This document shows, in pieces, positions 59,494 through 64,000 of a DNA stretch of 64,000 bases. Location of the stretch: assembly GCA_002633005.1 (NCBI GenBank), contig NMRA01000170.1, positions 712,730-776,729 on the forward strand, written 5' to 3'. The first letter of the stretch is position 1. Each line of letters opens with the position of its first letter. The notes under the pieces are model-generated. The model searched no databases. It saw nothing but the letters and a program-made list of their open reading frames with translations, and was not told where the DNA came from. The stretch is from Phoronis australis (taxonomy: Eukaryota; Animalia; Phoronida). The translations under genes were made by a program, and so were the position numbers.

Positions 59494-59665
59494 GTGAGTA
59501 ATGAGGGGGCTGGTATAGAAATGGGGTCCCTGAGGGGCAGAGTGGGCTGTATCTTGGAAAGTGAGAGAGTAATGGGGGGCAGGGGTAGAGATGGGGCCCC
59601 AGGGAGGCAGAGTAGGTCGTGTCTTAGAGAGTGAGAAAGAGATGGAGCAAGATTCGAGTAATAGG
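59465..59665 (+). repeat. Tandem duplication of the end and donor of epsin exon 3
   Basis: GAGATGGAGCAAGAT|GTGAGTAAT recurs as GAGATGGAGCAAGAT TCGAGTAAT at ~59640. Confidence 0.8.
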
Positions 59666-60440
59666 TGGTGGGGGATAGGTGGGTCATGTTTATTGAATTT
59701 TATTTTGGTTTTCTTGTTGATATTGGTATTGCAGTTGTTAGTGTGGGATAATTCTTAATAAAATGGAAATTCGTTGCTTCACAATTAACTTATTTTCGCA
59801 TTCATCAAACCAGTGTTTTACTATTTGTGGTTGAACGTTTACAATTGGCTATTTCCTTTCCATAGCAAGCTAGGAAACGATTTCAAAAACAACAAACACA
59901 TTCTAGAAAAGTAAGCACAAGTTGTATCTAGTGATGTAGTTGAGCATGTGCGTGGTTAGCGTTGTTGTTCTTCTTTGGCTTTTGAGCAGTCCACGAATGT
60001 ATTGTAGAGGTTTCAGTCTGACGCTCTACGTATAGACGTCACGAGATACATTACGGTCAACAATATGACTGAAAGTTCTCACAGGTTTGGTTAATTAATT
60101 TTCAAGCAAGATTTCAGTGATGACTTTTGCTTAATGTAAATGCTAGTGATTACTGTCAAAGAATGGCCAGTTTTCCATTTGCACATTCAAGCACGCAAAA
60201 GAAAATCTCAATATATACATTCTAGAACCAATTCAGTGGTAAACTGCAACATTAAGTGACTGCCTGCGTATTTAATTGTTTGGCTTTGCCTTTGCCACCA
60301 GCATGCATCAACCTTTAAAGGGCATGGCCCTTGCAAAGTCACTTGGTTCCCACATGCGATCTTAAGCTATTGAGAGTATTAGGCAATTTTAAAATTCAGC
60401 TTGGGAAATGAAATTCCAGTTCGCGTAGTTTTGCACTATC

Positions 60441-61340
60441 TTTTTATGCTTCTACATATTCACATGTGGGTGCAAATTGCTGTCGGCTCTGTCCGTTCAT
60501 CCAGTGTACGCTGCTGTCTCCTAAACTGCTTGCAGGATCTGCATGAAATCTTGTAGGTGTGTTCCTATAAAGCTGATGACCGATGATGGTGATTTTTGGC
60601 AGGATCCAATGGTTGGTGTATGAAATTCTGCTATTGCGTTTTTGTTGAGATGGTGACGACACTGTCCTGATTAAGTGAAATCTGTCCCGTAGTGGCTGTT
60701 ATATATATTTAAGTCTATTTTCGGCGTCGGCTTCCATCTGCCAAATCACTCAAAGGATCGTTATAAAAATTGGCACAACAGACTGTGTGCCTCCTAGTAA
60801 CAGTTTTATTTTTTTACATTTTCCGCTATCTTCAGTTCCTTAGACACACTCATGAAATTTGGCAACTGTAATGAAATAACGATAACCTCAGATTGGACAT
60901 ATTCTTCGATACCAGGTGCCCATATTTGTTATTTGCAAGTCCCTTGAGATCATTTTAAAAATTTGCATATGTGATCCTGTTAACGACCATGACGATGTTG
61001 ATATTCAAACTGGTTTGAGTACTTTGGTGGCCCCTAGTGGCAATTTTGTTTTTTGTATCTTTGATTGTACATCCTTAAGATTGCAGTATTGCAATATCTT
61101 TGAAATTTGGCAAATGTATTCCTATGAATGTGACAGCAGACGACGACTTCTTTCTGGTGGATCCAGCTACTGCAATGCCTCTTAGTGGTAATTTTATTTT
61201 TGTTCACATTTGCCTCTGTATCTTCTGAGTTCTTTGACAGATTTTCGTAAATTTAAGTAAGGTTTCTATTTGGGAGACGGCGCTTTTCCATTATTTTCAG
61301 GTTTGACACGTTCTGCTTCAACTAGTGGCCATTTTTGTGA
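60441..61340 (+). mobile_element. Degenerate HINE-like element
   Basis: Same 5' structure (ATGTGGGTGCA, CTGTCCGTTCATCC) and CTAGTGG units. Confidence 0.5.
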
Positions 61341-61871
61341 CGTAATGAACACCCCTTGATGCACACCATTTGTCTGCTTTGCCTCTACTTGAATTGGTGT
61401 TACACAATTTATACACCTTGTCTATTTGTATAATTGAAATCTTCCTGCAAACAAGTCATCTTTTGGTTGAACCAGCAGCTGTTCTCTCCATTTTTGAAAT
61501 GATTGAATATGAATGCTTAAACTCATGAGTAAAATGACACCAAGCATGTAATCTGAGTAAGGAGTAAGATTAGGCTGTTATTGGCCTAAATCAAAATTTG
61601 TTTTATGACAAAAGGGGCTTCTACTCTTCTAAGTGTTGAGTACCTGGATGCCATTTTGACTACATATCCTATGTTCTTCCTGATAGGCCATTACTATTTA
61701 TACATCATTTGTCACACACTTCACAGAATGATCTTTTTTGATTTTGCCACAATGCTGTGGGTCTGTAGAACAATTGTACCCTGTCGTGTGTTGTTGACCC
61801 AAGAGTATATAAACTAGCACATTTCGATTAAAGGCAGGGGTTATTACTTACAGCACACATCACGAATTTTT

Positions 61872-62012
61872 GGCCGACCATTGCCGACCGGTCGGCTAAA
61901 AGTTAGCCGACCGGCAGCCGCCCGCAGTGCCGACTCATAAGGCGACTCCCCAGCCGACCCTTCAGCCGACCCTTCAGCCGACCGGCCATCAGCCGACCAA
62001 CTGGTCGGCTGC
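61872..62012. repeat. GC-rich cluster of (A)GCCGACC motifs in both orientations
   Basis: About 10 GCCGAC/GTCGGC copies in 140 bp. Confidence 0.7.
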
Positions 62013-64000
62013 TATTTTTAGGCTACAGTAGCAGTTGCGTAATAGGTTGTCAGGCTGATACCACTTTGCATGTCGATGCATATTCGTCTTAGCACAGGGT
62101 CAAATAAATTAACCTAGTTCCACTGTCTCCGTTGCATGAGTTTACATCGGTTGTGTAACACCAATAATTCGAAGGTTGAAGGCCAGCGGTAATATTATTG
62201 AATTATGGACAGTGCTACAAGTTTTGGTTAAAAGACGTGAATGTTTTCTTTACATTTGACCTTTAATTTCAATCGTGACGTTAACAAGCTGCATTAGATT
62301 GGCTGCTTCCTGGTCAATACAACTCTGTAGTCATTTTGTAAACGCAGCTATTTTTGACACTCTTCGCCCACAATTGTTTTTTGTTTGTGATACGCAGTAC
62401 TGCATCTTTTTGCGTTTTTAAAATTCTCCACGGTACTCCTATCACGTGCCCATGATGATGGGATAGTGATTGAGTTGTTACACCGCGAAGAGCTCTCACT
62501 CCGGGGTTTTTATTTTCATATGATTAACCCTTGCCGTACAGAAGCAAACTTCACGGTCCAGAATGCCCTAAGCCCACGGACTTCGATGACTCTAACTTCA
62601 TCATAGGGTTACGATTTCCACGAACTTGGACAGTGACATCAAACACGGAATAGCCACTGTTGAGGCTACAACCAATTCTAGCTTTGCGCATTCCGTTTTT
62701 AGGGCATCGGTGACGTTAAAATCAGCGCTAGTTACATGTATCAGTTCTTCGTTCACGTTGTTCCAAAAATAAATATTTTCTGTCAACAACATATTGACAA
62801 ATTATGTATAATAAAACAATTCTGAACGGGAAGATGTGAATACGTGGTGAAAAGGTATTTGTCTCATCAAGGCATATGTGCGTTAATTTTTTTAAAGCGA
62901 TTGCGATGTCGAAAAAATGATAGAAAATAAACCAAGGTGCAGAATAACTCTTCTGTGCTCGGCTGTAAGAAGACCTACAACAACTTTTTGAAACTGCGCT
63001 CAATTAAAAAAATTCCAGTATGAGAGCGCTTCATAAGAAATGCCAAGCACATACCGCGTTAAAAGACAGCGACGTTGGCGTTTCCGGATGTCCACAAAAG
63101 TGCTTTGAGCAGAGTGTACAAATCTGTTCATTTCGCTTTTCTACACTGGCGAATACGCCCAACACGGTGTTTGAAAAAAGTCCACTTTTGAGGGCGTTTT
63201 CAAAAATTAATATGTTTAGTTGATTCATTCAGTTCAGAGTGTCGGTGCCCATTTCTTACATCAAATGTACGCGTGGGCAGAAAACGCATCTGCGTAAAGA
63301 AAGAGATGCGTTTTCAAAACTTTCAGAGCCGTGTGTTGTCAGGACCCTACATTAATAAACATTAGGCCATGTACAACGCACGTCTTCGGAATTTGTAGCT
63401 TTTGGAAAAGGCTTACCCCGAAAAAATGCGCAAAGTACATACGGCATTTACGGAAGGTTGTGCCAGAAGTGATTCGTTGCGGTGGAGCAGCCACCGGATA
63501 TTAAAGTGAAAAAATCAATAACAGCCATTTTCTATTTAGAAATTCAATTCTCTGTAAAATCAAAAACAACTGCAACCAGGGTTTATCGCGTCAGGACATA
63601 CAATTTATCACGCCAGGATATAAAATTTATCACGCCACGACAGCATTGTTTTCATGCTCGGAGACCACGTGACCATCCATTATGCAATTATGACAATCCA
63701 ATGTGTACCTATACATTGGCATCTGTATTGTAAAACGTGGAGGAGATGAAAGAAATTCAACCGCATTTCCAAGATAATACATGTATGTTTGTCGTTGGCG
63801 AGACGTTGAACGCTTAGCCCTTGCTTATACATGTAGTACGGACGTTATCTCTTTGAAGGATCAATGCTTGGGCATGGTGACGTGGTGTCTTGGCGTGGAA
63901 AGTTACTGACAAGGTAGATTTTATTTTTATTAAATTTTCAGTCCTGTTTAATTTTGATCCTGAAGTGAAGAATTTTTGGTCCTCACGTAATAAATTATAG

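Overview
AT-rich, intron-rich animal genomic DNA. The gene content, intron style and repeats suggest an invertebrate deuterostome such as a hemichordate or amphioxus (inference). I assembled three spliced genes by hand, checking GT-AG boundaries and intron phases. (1) A complete TMEM94/KIAA0195 (ERMA, P-type-ATPase-like) gene on +, with 27 coding exons at 1135-30312 (~1375 aa). (2) An unrecognised 9-exon gene on - (49217->33964, ~282 aa) that the ORF track does not show as a unit. It encodes a type-I membrane protein: signal peptide, one 8-Cys furin-like repeat, one TM helix, and a helical cytoplasmic tail ending DPIQV. (3) The 5' part of epsin (ENTH plus two UIMs) on +, from 55548, arranged head-to-head with gene 2. 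The introns carry many transposon relics: a Kolobok deletion derivative with TTAA TSD, an intact THAP ORF and a convergent KolX/P2X7-ballast-like remnant; pogo/Tigger, Harbinger and hAT-type MITEs; HINE/DINE-1-like elements bearing arrays of CTCF-like motifs; and an L2/CR1 3' end. The most striking pattern is that about nine exon edges are themselves tandemly amplified into minisatellites containing decoy splice sites ('mirage'-like repeats). No prokaryotic system or CRISPR array is present.
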